NCBI GenBank assembly: GCA_045611965.1 | Contig: JAZKYE010000068.1 | Location: forward strand, 10,064-74,063 | DNA: 64,000 nt | Direction of reading: 5' to 3' | Source of the DNA: Eubacteriales bacterium | GTDB lineage: Bacteria > Bacillota > Clostridia > Oscillospirales > CAG-272 | Shown here: piece after piece, positions 28,335 through 38,156 of the stretch | How positions within the stretch are numbered: the stretch's first letter is position 1 | Layout: every line of letters begins with the position of its first letter | Position numbers and translations under genes: made by a program | Notes under the pieces: model-generated | What the model was told of the DNA's origin: nothing | The model's input: the letters and a program-made list of their open reading frames with translations, nothing else | Database searches by the model: none

Positions 28335-29333
28335 TTACTGTTCGGCAGTATTTTCTACCTTGACTGCCTCGGCTTCATTTTCGCTCTTTACGAATTTGCT
28401 CTTGACAAAATCGGTGAATTTATCAAGGAAGCCTATCTTGATTTTCGAGAACAGCTCAAAGGTAAGGGGCCAGACGCCGCCTGCGAAAATTACAATGAGG
28501 AAGTATCTTACAATTCTCTCGTTCTCACCGAGAATACCGTAAAGGGGTGCTTTGAGAAGCGACTTGATAAGAAGCACGATACCGAGCCCTAATGCAAGCT
28601 TGATAATCTGCGCGTACCATTTTGCGTCGGTGCGGAACCTGATAACGAAGCGGTCAAGCGCGTAAATCGGCGCGAGCGCTAACGTGCAACCCATAAAGGT
28701 GCGCGCGTTCTTTGCGGCACTGACGTAGTTCTCGTCGGTATTGTTTCCGTTAAAGACCACAGCGTAAATATAGAAGCCGATAGCAAGAGCCATAACCGCG
28801 GCGATAATGAAGGGCATCGCCCTCTTGAAAAGGCGCTCATCCGAAAAAATAGGGTCAAAAACGATAAGCAGTATAACCGCCACGGCAATTGCCGCAAGCA
28901 CGTCCCAAGGCGTATGCACGCCAAGATACATTCTCGACAGGGGCACGAGAATTGCAATAGCGAGCGCGGTGTATTTCACCCACGAATATTTAGCCTTCAT
29001 AAACACAGCGCCAAAGGTTGCTACCGCCGACTGTGTGTGCCCCGACGGGAAGGAATATCCCGTTGCCGCCTCACGCGCCGACTCGACTATGGTGAAGCCA
29101 CGGTCTATAACCCACGGGCGCGGCACCTTGAACAGAAGCTTCATAAACTGATTTATCAGCGTGCCGAAGAAGCCGGTCAGAAGCACGAAATAGCCCTGAC
29201 GCTTGTTGACGCACCAGAAAATTGCTATTGCAACAACCAAAAACGCCGTTTCCTCACCGAAGGTAGTGACAAAGCTGAAGAATGCGTCAAGTATAGGATT
29301 TCTGATTTTTTCGAAAAGATATAAAAGCTGCAT
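28335..29333 (-). CDS. PAP2-family membrane phosphatase
   Basis: K....PRP, SFPSGH, SRMYLGVH...DV; start reassigned to MQLLYLFEK (AAGGGG RBS). Confidence 0.92.
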   Translation of the reverse strand: MQLLYLFEKIRNPILDAFFSFVTTFGEETAFLVVAIAIFWCVNKRQGYFVLLTGFFGTLINQFMKLLFKVPRPWVIDRGFTIVESAREAATGYSFPSGHTQSAVATFGAVFMKAKYSWVKYTALAIAILVPLSRMYLGVHTPWDVLAAIAVAVILLIVFDPIFSDERLFKRAMPFIIAAVMALAIGFYIYAVVFNGNNTDENYVSAAKNARTFMGCTLALAPIYALDRFVIRFRTDAKWYAQIIKLALGLGIVLLIKSLLKAPLYGILGENERIVRYFLIVIFAGGVWPLTFELFSKIKIGFLDKFTDFVKSKFVKSENEAEAVKVENTAEQ

Positions 29334-29344
29334 ATAATTCCCCC

Positions 29345-30115
29345 TTACAAGTAAATATAAAGGTATATTCCAATCCACTGTACAATCGCGCCGAAAAGCA
29401 CGAAGAAATGCCATATAAAATGAGCAGGGCCGCGTTTTATAAGAAACGGTATTATGCCGAATGAATAAATGACGCCGCCGCCCACTATAAAGCCAACGAA
29501 TCCCACCCCGAGAGCGAGCATCTGGGGTATAAGCATAAGTCCCGACCAGCCAAGGACAAGGTATAGCGGAATATGAAGCCACCTGAGCCTTGTCGGGCCG
29601 AAAACACCGACCAAGGTAATACCCGTGACGATTATCACCCATTGGATAATGAAGAATACAAGTCCGAGAGTGCCACCAAGGTTAAGCAATATCGGGGCAA
29701 AGGTAGCACCGATAAGCAGGTAGATTGACGAATAATCAAACCTGCGGAAGATGCGCTTAACACAGCTTCCGTGAGCAAACGCGTGGTAGAGTGTGCTCAT
29801 CGTGAACATCACGAATGCACCGACGAAGTACATCCACGCACCGAGGCGCTCAGAGGTCCCAGTCGAGCTCAGGTACATCAGCACAAAGGCAACGATGGAA
29901 AAGATGCTTCCGACACCGTGCGTCACAGAGTTGCCTATCTCTTCAAGCAACGGGCGCTTGGGCGGATTTTGCGGCGCCGGTCTTTCGTTGCTTTTATAGA
30001 AGTCATCGAGCTCGCTTCTATACGTCGCATATGCTATGCGCCTTTGCTCATTTGCATCTCGCGAGATACGGGAAAGCTCGCTTTTGTATCGTTTTTTTAT
30101 TTCTTTAACATTCAT
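29345..30115 (-). CDS. Hemolysin III / PAQR family membrane protein
   Basis: EEIGNSVTHG, STLYHA, FD.SSIYLLI, HFIWH.FV. Confidence 0.92.
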   Translation of the reverse strand: MNVKEIKKRYKSELSRISRDANEQRRIAYATYRSELDDFYKSNERPAPQNPPKRPLLEEIGNSVTHGVGSIFSIVAFVLMYLSSTGTSERLGAWMYFVGAFVMFTMSTLYHAFAHGSCVKRIFRRFDYSSIYLLIGATFAPILLNLGGTLGLVFFIIQWVIIVTGITLVGVFGPTRLRWLHIPLYLVLGWSGLMLIPQMLALGVGFVGFIVGGGVIYSFGIIPFLIKRGPAHFIWHFFVLFGAIVQWIGIYLYIYL

Positions 30116-30121
30116 TTTAAC

Positions 30122-31108
30122 TTAAAGGGTGGTTATCAGCATAACCAGCGGCATGCTTAAAACCGAAAGCACGGTTGAGGTTGCGACTATCTTGCTGACG
30201 TATTCTGCGTCACAGTCGTACTTTACCGCGAACATCGTAGCCGAGGTTGCGGCAGGTGTTGACGCGAGAATCGCGGTAACCCAGATAACCTCGTCCGAAA
30301 TAGGAAACAGAAGCGCCATAAGACGCATTATACCCGAGAGGATAAGCGGAAGGATAAAATGTCTTAAGGCAAGGAAGCCGTAAAGATATTTATCGGTGAA
30401 GAAGCCACGGAAATTAATGCCCGACATACGCACACCGATTACCGTCATTGACAGGGGCGCGACGAGATTTGAGAGCATTTTTAACGCGTCAAATACGATA
30501 TTGCCCTCGCAGATAACGTTGCTTACGGGGGTGATGAAGATAACGAGACCTATTACCGCGGCAATAAACACGGGGTGTATTATTGCGTTAAGTATTGACG
30601 CAGGCTTTTTCTTAACAGCCACCTCGGGCGCGTCAAGCTCTGCCTGCTCATCCTTGCCGTCGGCGCAGATGTTGACACCGACCGTCCAGAGAAAGAGGTT
30701 AAAGGTGATGTTATAAATAGAGGCGTAAAGCGCCCACGCAGGATTCATCTTCGCAACGAGCGGAATTCCCATAAACGCGGCATTTGAGAATATCGTCGCA
30801 AAGCGAAGCATTCTGCGTTTAGCATCCTCGGCATTATTATACGTAAGCATCGACACGCCGTAAAATAGCGCGTGCGCCACGAGTGAGAACAAAAATACCC
30901 AAAGCGAGTTTATAAGTATCGCCACGTCAAAATCTCTTACATACGACACAACGACAAGAGCAGGCTGAGCGATATAAAGCACAAGGTTTGATACGCCCTT
31001 GTTAAAGGTCTGGTCAACAAGTCTGAATCTGCCAAGCAGGTAGCCCGGAACCATCATCAGAAACAAAAGCACGACCTGATATATCAGTGTAGGAATACTA
31101 AAATCCAT
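30122..31108 (-). CDS. AEC (auxin efflux carrier) family transporter
   Basis: FSNAAFMGIP, PLSMTVIG, TPAAT, ST.LS..SMP. Confidence 0.9.
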   Translation of the reverse strand: MDFSIPTLIYQVVLLFLMMVPGYLLGRFRLVDQTFNKGVSNLVLYIAQPALVVVSYVRDFDVAILINSLWVFLFSLVAHALFYGVSMLTYNNAEDAKRRMLRFATIFSNAAFMGIPLVAKMNPAWALYASIYNITFNLFLWTVGVNICADGKDEQAELDAPEVAVKKKPASILNAIIHPVFIAAVIGLVIFITPVSNVICEGNIVFDALKMLSNLVAPLSMTVIGVRMSGINFRGFFTDKYLYGFLALRHFILPLILSGIMRLMALLFPISDEVIWVTAILASTPAATSATMFAVKYDCDAEYVSKIVATSTVLSVLSMPLVMLITTL

Positions 31109-31173
31109 TTTTTCTCTCCAAATCAAGACAGGGCGAGCGGAGGCGTAAATCTGCGCTCCGCTCATCCGTTAAA

Positions 31174-31812
31174 TTACTTAAGAAGTCCGAGGACACATTC
31201 CTTAATTCTCTCGTCCTTGCAGTTCTCAAGGAAGAACTTTTTGAAGTTCTTGCCCGAGATAGCACCGAGCACGAGCTCGCGGTCAAGATTTTCAAGGATA
31301 TATACGATATCGTTGTGAGTAACCTTCTTTACCTCGTCGAGTATCTTCTTGTTTCTCTGCTCGGGAACTGCTCTCTCTCTGGGATAGCCAAGACCCCACT
31401 CGGATACGAAGAGCTTCTCGAATACGTACTGAAGGTTGAGCTCACAGCCCCAGCCCCAGCCCTTTGCAAAGGGCATAGCGATAGCGTTGCCGTTGTTAAC
31501 CTGAGTGAACTGATATGCGTCGGTGGGATCTACCACGTGACCGCAAAGAACGCCGGGGAAAGAGTTGCACGCAAGCATTGCGCCCTCGCCCGTGCCGCAT
31601 CCCGTGATTACGAGGTCGCACGCGCCGGAGTTAAGAAGGATTGCAGAGAGAATACCAATCTGAACGTAGGTGAGCTGGTTCTCATCCTCTGCAGAGTACA
31701 TACCGTAGTTGAACACCTCGTGTCCGAGAGGCTCTACTACCGATTTAAGAGTGTTGCAGATAAGCTCGTTTTTAGCCGCCTGCGAGTTTTCGTTGATAAG
31801 TGCGATTTTCAT
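31174..31812 (-). CDS. RpiB/LacA/LacB family sugar-phosphate isomerase
   Basis: MKIALINENSQAAKN, TGCGTGEGA, PFAKG.GWG. Confidence 0.92.
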   Translation of the reverse strand: MKIALINENSQAAKNELICNTLKSVVEPLGHEVFNYGMYSAEDENQLTYVQIGILSAILLNSGACDLVITGCGTGEGAMLACNSFPGVLCGHVVDPTDAYQFTQVNNGNAIAMPFAKGWGWGCELNLQYVFEKLFVSEWGLGYPRERAVPEQRNKKILDEVKKVTHNDIVYILENLDRELVLGAISGKNFKKFFLENCKDERIKECVLGLLK

Positions 31813-31918
31813 TTTAGTGTTTCCTTTCTTTATGTGTGGTTAAAATTAATCAGCTGAAGCATAGGCCTTGCAGGCCCTCGCGCAATATCCGCAAAAACGG
31901 ATAGCCCTAACCGAAAAA

Positions 31919-33205
31919 TTACGGGGTGAGTCGGTTAGGTCCGCGGAAGAGGAACTCGGCTTCCTTTATGGATATACCGAGGAAGAGCATCGTAAGACGG
32001 TCGATGCCAAGACCGAAGCCACCGTGAGGGGGACATCCGTACTTGAAGAACTGAAGATAGAACTGAACGTCATCGGCAAGCCCCTTTTCCTCTGCCTGCG
32101 CCTTAAGCACGTCGTATCTGTGCTCGCGCTGTGCGCCCGTGGTAATTTCAACACCGCGCCAGATGAGGTCGTAGCCCTGAGGCACGCCGTTTTCATCTCT
32201 CATATGATAGAAGGCGCGTTCCTTTGCCGCGTAGTCGGTGATAAAGAGGAATTCGTGACCGAACATATCCTGAGAGAGCTGCTTGACAAGACGCTCTGCG
32301 TCGGTAGTGAGGTCACCCTTCATTTCGTCAGCGACGGTGTAGCCGTATCTTGCTTCAAGCTCGGCATATACGTCAGCGAGCTTCATTCTCGGGAAAGGAA
32401 GCGTAGGTACGGTAACGGGAAGCCCGAAGAGCTCTTCAATCTTATCGCCGTAAAGCTCTTTGACGCGCGCAAACGCGAACGCAAGAAGCTCTTCTTCCAT
32501 CTTCATTACATCCTCGAAGGAATTGATGTAAGAGAACTCAAGGTCAAAGCCAGAGAACTCAGTGGCGTGCTTGTTGGTGTAGGATTTTTCAGCGCGGAAT
32601 ACGGGGCCCGTTTCAAAAATGCGCTCAAGTCCTGACGCCATAGCCATCTGCTTATAGAACTGTGGCGACTGAGCGAGATATGCGTTGGTGTCGAAGTACT
32701 TTACCTCAAACACGTCAGAGCCGGACTCGCTTGCCGCGGCAATAAGCTTGGGGGTGTGAATTTCGATGAAGTTACGCGAAACGAGAAACTCGCGCATAGC
32801 CGCAGTAAGAGCGGTCTGCATTTTAAGCATAAGAAGATTGCGCTCACGGCGAAGGTCTATCCAGCGGAAGTCCATACGCACGTCGATGTCCGAGTCATCC
32901 TTAATCGGAATAGCGTCGGCAACCGACTCGATTTTCATCGTGTCAGGAAGCATCTCGATGCCGCCAAGCTTAACGTACTCGTTAGCTACGACCTCACCCT
33001 CAAAGGTAACCACCGACTGAAGCGTGAGCGAGTCAAGAAGCTCGCAAAGCTCGGGGTGCTCTTCCTTTACGATAGTGACCTGAAGCTTGCCCGTGAAATC
33101 ACGCACGACGATAAACGCCATAGTGCGCTTGTTTCTGAAATTCTCAACAAAGCCCGAAATGCGTGCTCTGCCGGGGGCAATATCCTTTATATAAACTCTT
33201 TCCAT
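31919..33205 (-). CDS. aspS: Aspartate-tRNA ligase, short archaeal-type (probably non-discriminating)
   Basis: 428 aa, no GAD insert; LAQSPQFYKQ, PVFRAE, PPHGGFGLGIDR. Confidence 0.92.
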   Translation of the reverse strand: MERVYIKDIAPGRARISGFVENFRNKRTMAFIVVRDFTGKLQVTIVKEEHPELCELLDSLTLQSVVTFEGEVVANEYVKLGGIEMLPDTMKIESVADAIPIKDDSDIDVRMDFRWIDLRRERNLLMLKMQTALTAAMREFLVSRNFIEIHTPKLIAAASESGSDVFEVKYFDTNAYLAQSPQFYKQMAMASGLERIFETGPVFRAEKSYTNKHATEFSGFDLEFSYINSFEDVMKMEEELLAFAFARVKELYGDKIEELFGLPVTVPTLPFPRMKLADVYAELEARYGYTVADEMKGDLTTDAERLVKQLSQDMFGHEFLFITDYAAKERAFYHMRDENGVPQGYDLIWRGVEITTGAQREHRYDVLKAQAEEKGLADDVQFYLQFFKYGCPPHGGFGLGIDRLTMLFLGISIKEAEFLFRGPNRLTP

Positions 33206-33287
33206 ATGTTTTACCTCACTTAATTTTCATCGGTGCATTTTGCTTAATAATTATAAATTATTTTATAAATTTTGTCAACACTTAAAA

Positions 33288-34103
33288 TCAATAGTTTTTA
33301 AGCGTGTGCATCCACTCGTCGGCAGCACTTACCCACGAGGGTGCCAGAGGCTGTATATCCCCCTCTCGCGTTGCGGTTTCCGCGGTGCCGAGCGATATGC
33401 CGTGCGGTCCGTACGGGTAAAGGTTAAGCATAAAGGGAAGCCCCCTCTTGCAAAGCTCGTAGCCGAGGCGAAGCGATGCCTCAGGCGGAACTGCCTTGTC
33501 CTCTGCCGTGTGCCAGATAAACAGCGGCGCGATATGCTCACCGAGATTGCACTCAACCGAAAAGCGTTCCTTTTCCTCATCGGTAAATACACCGTCGGGA
33601 CGACCTAACAGATTTTTAAAGGAATTAAGGTGCGTGTTTTCCTTTAGCGAGGTTACGGGATACGAGAGTATTGCGCCCGTCGGACGGATTGCGTCGGCTT
33701 TATCACCGAATACCTCTACTATCTCTTTAAATCTGTACATCGTGCTGATGGACGCGCAAAGATGTCCGCCTGCTGAAAATCCAACTGCAAAAACGCGCTC
33801 GGGATTGATATTAAGCTCTGCCGCGTGCTCTCTGATATAAAGCATCGCGTGACCTGCGTCTATCATCTGCTTTGGAAAAACGTCACCCTCGCGCCCTACG
33901 CGGTAGTTGAGAACGAAGGCGTTGTAGCCGCGCGCCACGAAGGCAAGCGCAACGGGTGAGCCCTCGCGCCCGGTACATACCTCGCGGTAAGCGCCGCCGG
34001 GAATTACGAGAATGGCATCGCGGGCCTTGGGAATAGCCGCGACGTAGGTGTCGATATATACTCGCTCGTCGGATTTGTCAAGATAAATTCTCTCGGTTTT
34101 CAT
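33288..34103 (-). CDS. Alpha/beta hydrolase (esterase)
   Basis: PGGAY, GFSAGGH, D..V, HG. Confidence 0.92.
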   Translation of the reverse strand: MKTERIYLDKSDERVYIDTYVAAIPKARDAILVIPGGAYREVCTGREGSPVALAFVARGYNAFVLNYRVGREGDVFPKQMIDAGHAMLYIREHAAELNINPERVFAVGFSAGGHLCASISTMYRFKEIVEVFGDKADAIRPTGAILSYPVTSLKENTHLNSFKNLLGRPDGVFTDEEKERFSVECNLGEHIAPLFIWHTAEDKAVPPEASLRLGYELCKRGLPFMLNLYPYGPHGISLGTAETATREGDIQPLAPSWVSAADEWMHTLKNY

Positions 34104-34317
34104 ATTTCCCCTTTACTGCATTTCTGAAAATGCGTCTTTTGTTTGAACAAATATATTATACACGCTCGCGCGTGACTTTGCAAGAGGATTTTCGGCTTCA
34201 TTCGATAAACTTTTATAAAATAACGATACTCTCTTGAATTTTGAAAAGAGCTGTGATATAATAAGACAGTTGTATATATATTTTGCTTTTGAAGCAATGA
34301 GAACAAGGAGATATAAG

Positions 34318-34839
34318 ATGACAGCAGGAAATGAAAGAAGAAAAAAGATACTTGACAGACTTTCATCATCAAGTGAGCCTATTAACGCAACCGATCTTGG
34401 AAAAATGCTCTCGGTTACAAGACAGATAATAGTCGGTGACATCGCGCTTCTTCGCGCATCGGGTGTCAGAATACGCGCGCTTCACAGAGGCTACGTGCTT
34501 GACAAGGATGCAAATTCGGGCGTGCGCCGCTCTCTTATGGTAAAGCACACCAAGGAACAGACGCGCGACGAGTTCTACGCAATCGTCGATAACGGTGCTG
34601 TGGTGCTTGACGTCAGCATTGAGCATCCCGTGTACGGATGTATTTCAGCCGAGCTTAATATTGCATCGCGCTACGAGGCAGACCTCTTTATTGAAAAGAC
34701 CTCTGACGACAGCATCCTTCACCTCTCTTCCCTGACCGACGGCTACCATATCCACACCGTCCTCGCAAAGGATGAGGCTACTCTCGACAGAGTGACCGAC
34801 GCGCTAAAGAACCTCGGCATACTCGTTGACAACACCTGA
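34318..34839 (+). CDS. niaR: NiaR/NadR-type repressor (HTH + 3H domain)
   Basis: VTRQIIVGDIALLRA, VDNG, HPVYG, LT.G.H.H. Confidence 0.9.
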   Translation: MTAGNERRKKILDRLSSSSEPINATDLGKMLSVTRQIIVGDIALLRASGVRIRALHRGYVLDKDANSGVRRSLMVKHTKEQTRDEFYAIVDNGAVVLDVSIEHPVYGCISAELNIASRYEADLFIEKTSDDSILHLSSLTDGYHIHTVLAKDEATLDRVTDALKNLGILVDNT

Positions 34840-34840
34840 T

Positions 34841-34865
34841 CGGCGGGAGCAAGCCCCCGCCCTAC
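34841..34865. repeat. REP-like palindrome; second copy at 38571-38595
   Basis: CGGCGGGAGCAAGCCCCCGCCCTAC vs CGGCAGGAGCAAGCCCCTTCCCTAC. Confidence 0.65.
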
Positions 34866-34900
34866 GGTATACCATAACGATGCGTAGCATCTCATAACTC

Positions 34901-34948
34901 AAAAACCGCCCCATATGACACTCTTTGTTGTCATATGGGGTGGTTTTT
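34901..34948. terminator. Bidirectional terminator
   Basis: AAAAACCGCCCCATATGACA...TGTCATATGGGGTGGTTTTT. Confidence 0.8.
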
Positions 34949-34949
34949 G

Positions 34950-35120
34950 TTATTTATCGTTCTTTCTCATCTCTGTCCACGCGCGGTTGGGAACGGGTGG
35001 GTTGAATGCAGGGGGTGCAATGTCGGGGCGGTTTATTCCGTCGGTCTTGCTCTTTTCGGACGCCTCGCCCTTGCCACGGCTGTTTTCGTTCTGATTATTA
35101 ACTTTGTTTTCGTTCTTCAT
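34950..35120 (-). CDS. 56-aa hydrophilic microprotein with hairpin-sequestered RBS (not in ORF track)
   Basis: MKNENKVNNQNENSRGKGEASEKSKTDGINRPDIAPPAFNPPVPNRAWTEMRKNDK; GGGAG RBS in the 3' arm of a 16-bp hairpin. Confidence 0.65.
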   Translation of the reverse strand: MKNENKVNNQNENSRGKGEASEKSKTDGINRPDIAPPAFNPPVPNRAWTEMRKNDK

Positions 35121-35192
35121 AATTAAACTCCCATCAAGCAGATTTGCTTAATGGGAGTTTGCCCGACCTGCGCGGTTCTATACGCTAAGGTC

Positions 35193-35867
35193 TTATTTTC
35201 CTACGATATGAAGAAAGATTTTCTTAATATCCTTATCGGCAAGAAAAGGGTAAAGCGCGTCGACGTCGAGCCCGTCAAGCTCGCCTGCGAGATAGGAATC
35301 AACCACCCCGGAGAGCACCTGCTCGTCAACGTACTGCGCTATCATACCGAGGTCTGCGCCACCGGCAACCTCAATTGCGCGAAGGAAGATTGCACCGCAA
35401 TCATCTTTAGATAAAAAGGGCAGCACGCAGGACATATCGACCTCGCGTATAAGCTCGTCGTCCTCGAGTATCATCCTTGCAACCTCGTGCGTTTCATCCT
35501 TTCCCATATAGGGAAGCAGGCGAATGAGGCGCGATTCCTTTGAATCGGGGTCGCTCGTTCTGTCCTTTGCGAAAAGGCGTTCTGCCCCTTCCTTGATTTT
35601 TCTGCCGGCGTCCTTAACGTCACGTGCGACCTTCTCACCAAAGCTCTTTGCGCCCGCGCCGATTTTCTGACCTATATCCCGCGCGCCCTCGCCTACTCTG
35701 GCGAAGAATTCCTGCGCGTCGCGCTTGAATTTCTCTCCGCCCGAAAGGGGCTCGGATTCCTTAACCTCTGAATCAACCACCTCAACCTCGTGGGGCTGAT
35801 TATCAGCACTCTCATCTATAAGCTCAAGATATTCCTTAACGTCTATTATAACCTTTTTATATTTCAT
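35193..35867 (-). CDS. Hypothetical protein with helical LxP(F/Y) repeats
   Basis: AAGGAG RBS; LLPYM, VLPFL, IAQYV, LYPFL repeats after an amphipathic coiled region. Confidence 0.75.
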   Translation of the reverse strand: MKYKKVIIDVKEYLELIDESADNQPHEVEVVDSEVKESEPLSGGEKFKRDAQEFFARVGEGARDIGQKIGAGAKSFGEKVARDVKDAGRKIKEGAERLFAKDRTSDPDSKESRLIRLLPYMGKDETHEVARMILEDDELIREVDMSCVLPFLSKDDCGAIFLRAIEVAGGADLGMIAQYVDEQVLSGVVDSYLAGELDGLDVDALYPFLADKDIKKIFLHIVGK

Positions 35868-35923
35868 ATAATCTCTCCTTTTTGCCCTGTGGGCTGTGAT
35901 AGAGGTATGACGCGCACCATAAG

Positions 35924-36370
35924 CTATGTACGTAGAAATGCACTCTCCGACGGGGTGAGCCTCGGTAAAAGCTCATCCATATCGACATTTAGCACGCCAT
36001 CCTTTATTTTACGAAGCAGAAGCATTCGCTCTGCGGGGGACATCTGATAGAAAACGTCGGGAAGCCTTACCTGAATTTTTCCCGAGATGATGCCCGAAAT
36101 AACGTATCCGCGGTCGTGACCGCGAAAAATATCATCAGGGTCAACGTCATTCGGTATATCATCAAAGAGCCCGAGAATTTCCGTGGGTGTGACACCGAAA
36201 ACACGCGACAGCTCGCAAAGCAAGTCTATCGACGGTACCGATGCGCCCTTTTCCCACTTGGACACAGCCTGACGAGTCACGTAAAGCTTCGCCGCAAGCT
36301 CTTCCTGACTAAGGTCAAGTCGGCGTCTGTGATCCGCTATTCTCATACCGACTCTTTTGAAATCTATCAT
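35924..36370 (-). CDS. XRE-family HTH regulator with C-terminal extension
   Basis: LSQEELA.KLYVTRQAVSKWE.G...P; start set to MIDFK. Confidence 0.9.
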   Translation of the reverse strand: MIDFKRVGMRIADHRRRLDLSQEELAAKLYVTRQAVSKWEKGASVPSIDLLCELSRVFGVTPTEILGLFDDIPNDVDPDDIFRGHDRGYVISGIISGKIQVRLPDVFYQMSPAERMLLLRKIKDGVLNVDMDELLPRLTPSESAFLRT

Positions 36371-36453
36371 ACATCCACCCCCTTTCGTGCTTCTATTGTA
36401 GCACATAGATTTTTCACGGTCAAGCAACGCGTAGTTGCGCGAACAACGTGCAA

Positions 36454-36703
36454 GGTTTAATACGCTGAGGACTATCGCATTGTCGCGGTATTTAACCTAA
36501 TATAAAATCATAGCACGGCGGGAACAAACACACGGCAGTTTGCTTTATTCAAGGTCGTGCATTCGTTTTGCCGTGCAGTAATTTCCGCGAAACGAATACG
36601 CGACCGTTTCGTCGCACAGCGATGCCGAAAATTACGCGAGCGTGAGGTAGGGGTAAAAGCTTACGCCCTACCGTCGCTATTCGGCGCGACGGCATGCCGA
36701 GCA
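36454..36703 (-). ncRNA. Candidate structured ncRNA of unknown family
   Basis: TTGCAT-17-TATAAT promoter (36709-36737) followed by about 250 nt with 5-6 stems and no RBS-led ORF. Confidence 0.45.
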
Positions 36704-36848
36704 ATACCATTATATGCTATTTGCCAAAAAAATGCAACCTTTTTCGGTAATAGTAACCAATGGATTTATATAATTAAAATCTTTTTTTCATTATACTCTT
36801 GACAGATGCGCGCGCAGGCTGTAAAATATACGCGTATATTTCTTTGAG

Positions 36849-38153
36849 GTGAAACACATGAAAAAGGTTAAGGTTGGTGTAATAGGTCTTGGAAGCCGCG
36901 GAATGGCGCTTCTCAATACTATGCTTGCGTGTGACGAGTGCGAAATCGTTGCCGTCTGTGACGTCTATGAGGATCGCATTGAGCACGCACTTAAAAAGAT
37001 AAAGGACAAAAGAGGTGACGCGGCGGTAGGCTTTACCGATTATGAAAAGCTTATCGACGACGAGCGCGTTGAGGCCGTCGTTATTATTTCGTCGTGGGAT
37101 ATGCACACGCGTATGGCAGTACGCTCTATGCGAGCAGGCAAATATACTGCCGTTGAGGTTGCAGGCGCATACGACCTTGAGGATTGCTGGCAGCTCGTCC
37201 GAACCTATGAGGACACCAAGACACCCATAATGATGCTTGAAAACTGCTGCTTTGACCGTTTCGAGCTTCTCACCACCTCGCTTGTAAGAGCAGGCAAGCT
37301 CGGACGCGTGCTTTACTGCCACGGCGCATACTCGCACGAGCTTCGCGAAGAGGTGCTTGGCGGCAACGTTCACCGTCATTACAGGCTTCAGAACTACATA
37401 AAGCGCAACTGCGAGAACTATCCCACGCACGAGCTCGGCCCTATTGCGAAGATACTCAACATCACAAGAGGAAACAAGCTTCTCTCGCTTACCTCGGTTG
37501 CAACCAAGGGCGGTGTCGGCCTCGGTCTTTATTCAAACGACGAGCGTTCCCCTGACCCGAGCCTCGCAGGAAGCGAATTCAATCAGGGTGATATAGTAGT
37601 TACGACCATAACCTGCTCGGGCGGTGAGGTTATAACGCTGATGCTCGACACCACGCTTCCCCACACCTACTCGCGCGATTTCCGCGTACGCGGCACAAAG
37701 GGCTTCTGTGAGCAGGATGCTAATATGATTATGCTCGAGGACAAGAACGTTATGCACGAGTTCTTCGATGCGAGAAAGACTGTCGGAAAGTATCTCGACT
37801 CTGCCGACAGCTATAAGGATTATCTTCCCGACGCGTGGCGCAATATGACCGAGGAAGAGAAAAAGCTCGGTCACGGCGGTATGGACTATCTTGAGTTCAA
37901 GGCGTTCTTCAAGGCGGTGCTTAATAACGAGCCTATGCCCATTGACGTTTACGATATGGCAACGTGGATGGCGATAACGCCCCTTACCGAGCAGTCTATC
38001 GCGCACGGCGGTATGCCGATGCCCATTCCCGACTTCACAAGAGGTCAGTGGCTCTACCGCAAGCCCTTCGACGTAATGGAGCTTCCCTGCCCCGACGACG
38101 AGGATGGCGAAACCAAGAATTTCTTTGGCAAATCAAGAGGCGAAAGAGTATAA
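36849..38153 (+). CDS. Gfo/Idh/MocA NAD-dependent glycosidase, GH109-like
   Basis: GVIGLGSRG, AVEVAG, MMLENCC, NYPTHELGP, GHGGMD; TTGACA-17-TAAAAT promoter. Confidence 0.85.
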   Translation: MKHMKKVKVGVIGLGSRGMALLNTMLACDECEIVAVCDVYEDRIEHALKKIKDKRGDAAVGFTDYEKLIDDERVEAVVIISSWDMHTRMAVRSMRAGKYTAVEVAGAYDLEDCWQLVRTYEDTKTPIMMLENCCFDRFELLTTSLVRAGKLGRVLYCHGAYSHELREEVLGGNVHRHYRLQNYIKRNCENYPTHELGPIAKILNITRGNKLLSLTSVATKGGVGLGLYSNDERSPDPSLAGSEFNQGDIVVTTITCSGGEVITLMLDTTLPHTYSRDFRVRGTKGFCEQDANMIMLEDKNVMHEFFDARKTVGKYLDSADSYKDYLPDAWRNMTEEEKKLGHGGMDYLEFKAFFKAVLNNEPMPIDVYDMATWMAITPLTEQSIAHGGMPMPIPDFTRGQWLYRKPFDVMELPCPDDEDGETKNFFGKSRGERV

Positions 38154-38156
38154 TAT

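Noticed and set aside
28335-29642. Long N-terminal extension of the PAP2 ORF
   Set aside because: It overlaps the hemolysin III gene; the RBS supports a start at 29333
29345-30115. Hemolysin as a virulence toxin
   Set aside because: The HlyIII/PAQR family is a widespread membrane homeostasis family, not evidence of a toxin system
34250-34280. NiaR operator upstream of niaR
   Set aside because: Only a half-site-like GACAGTTGTA is visible, with no palindrome
36454-36703. Assignment as 6S, SRP, raiA or c-di-GMP riboswitch
   Set aside because: Diagnostic conserved motifs could not be found by eye; left as an unknown candidate
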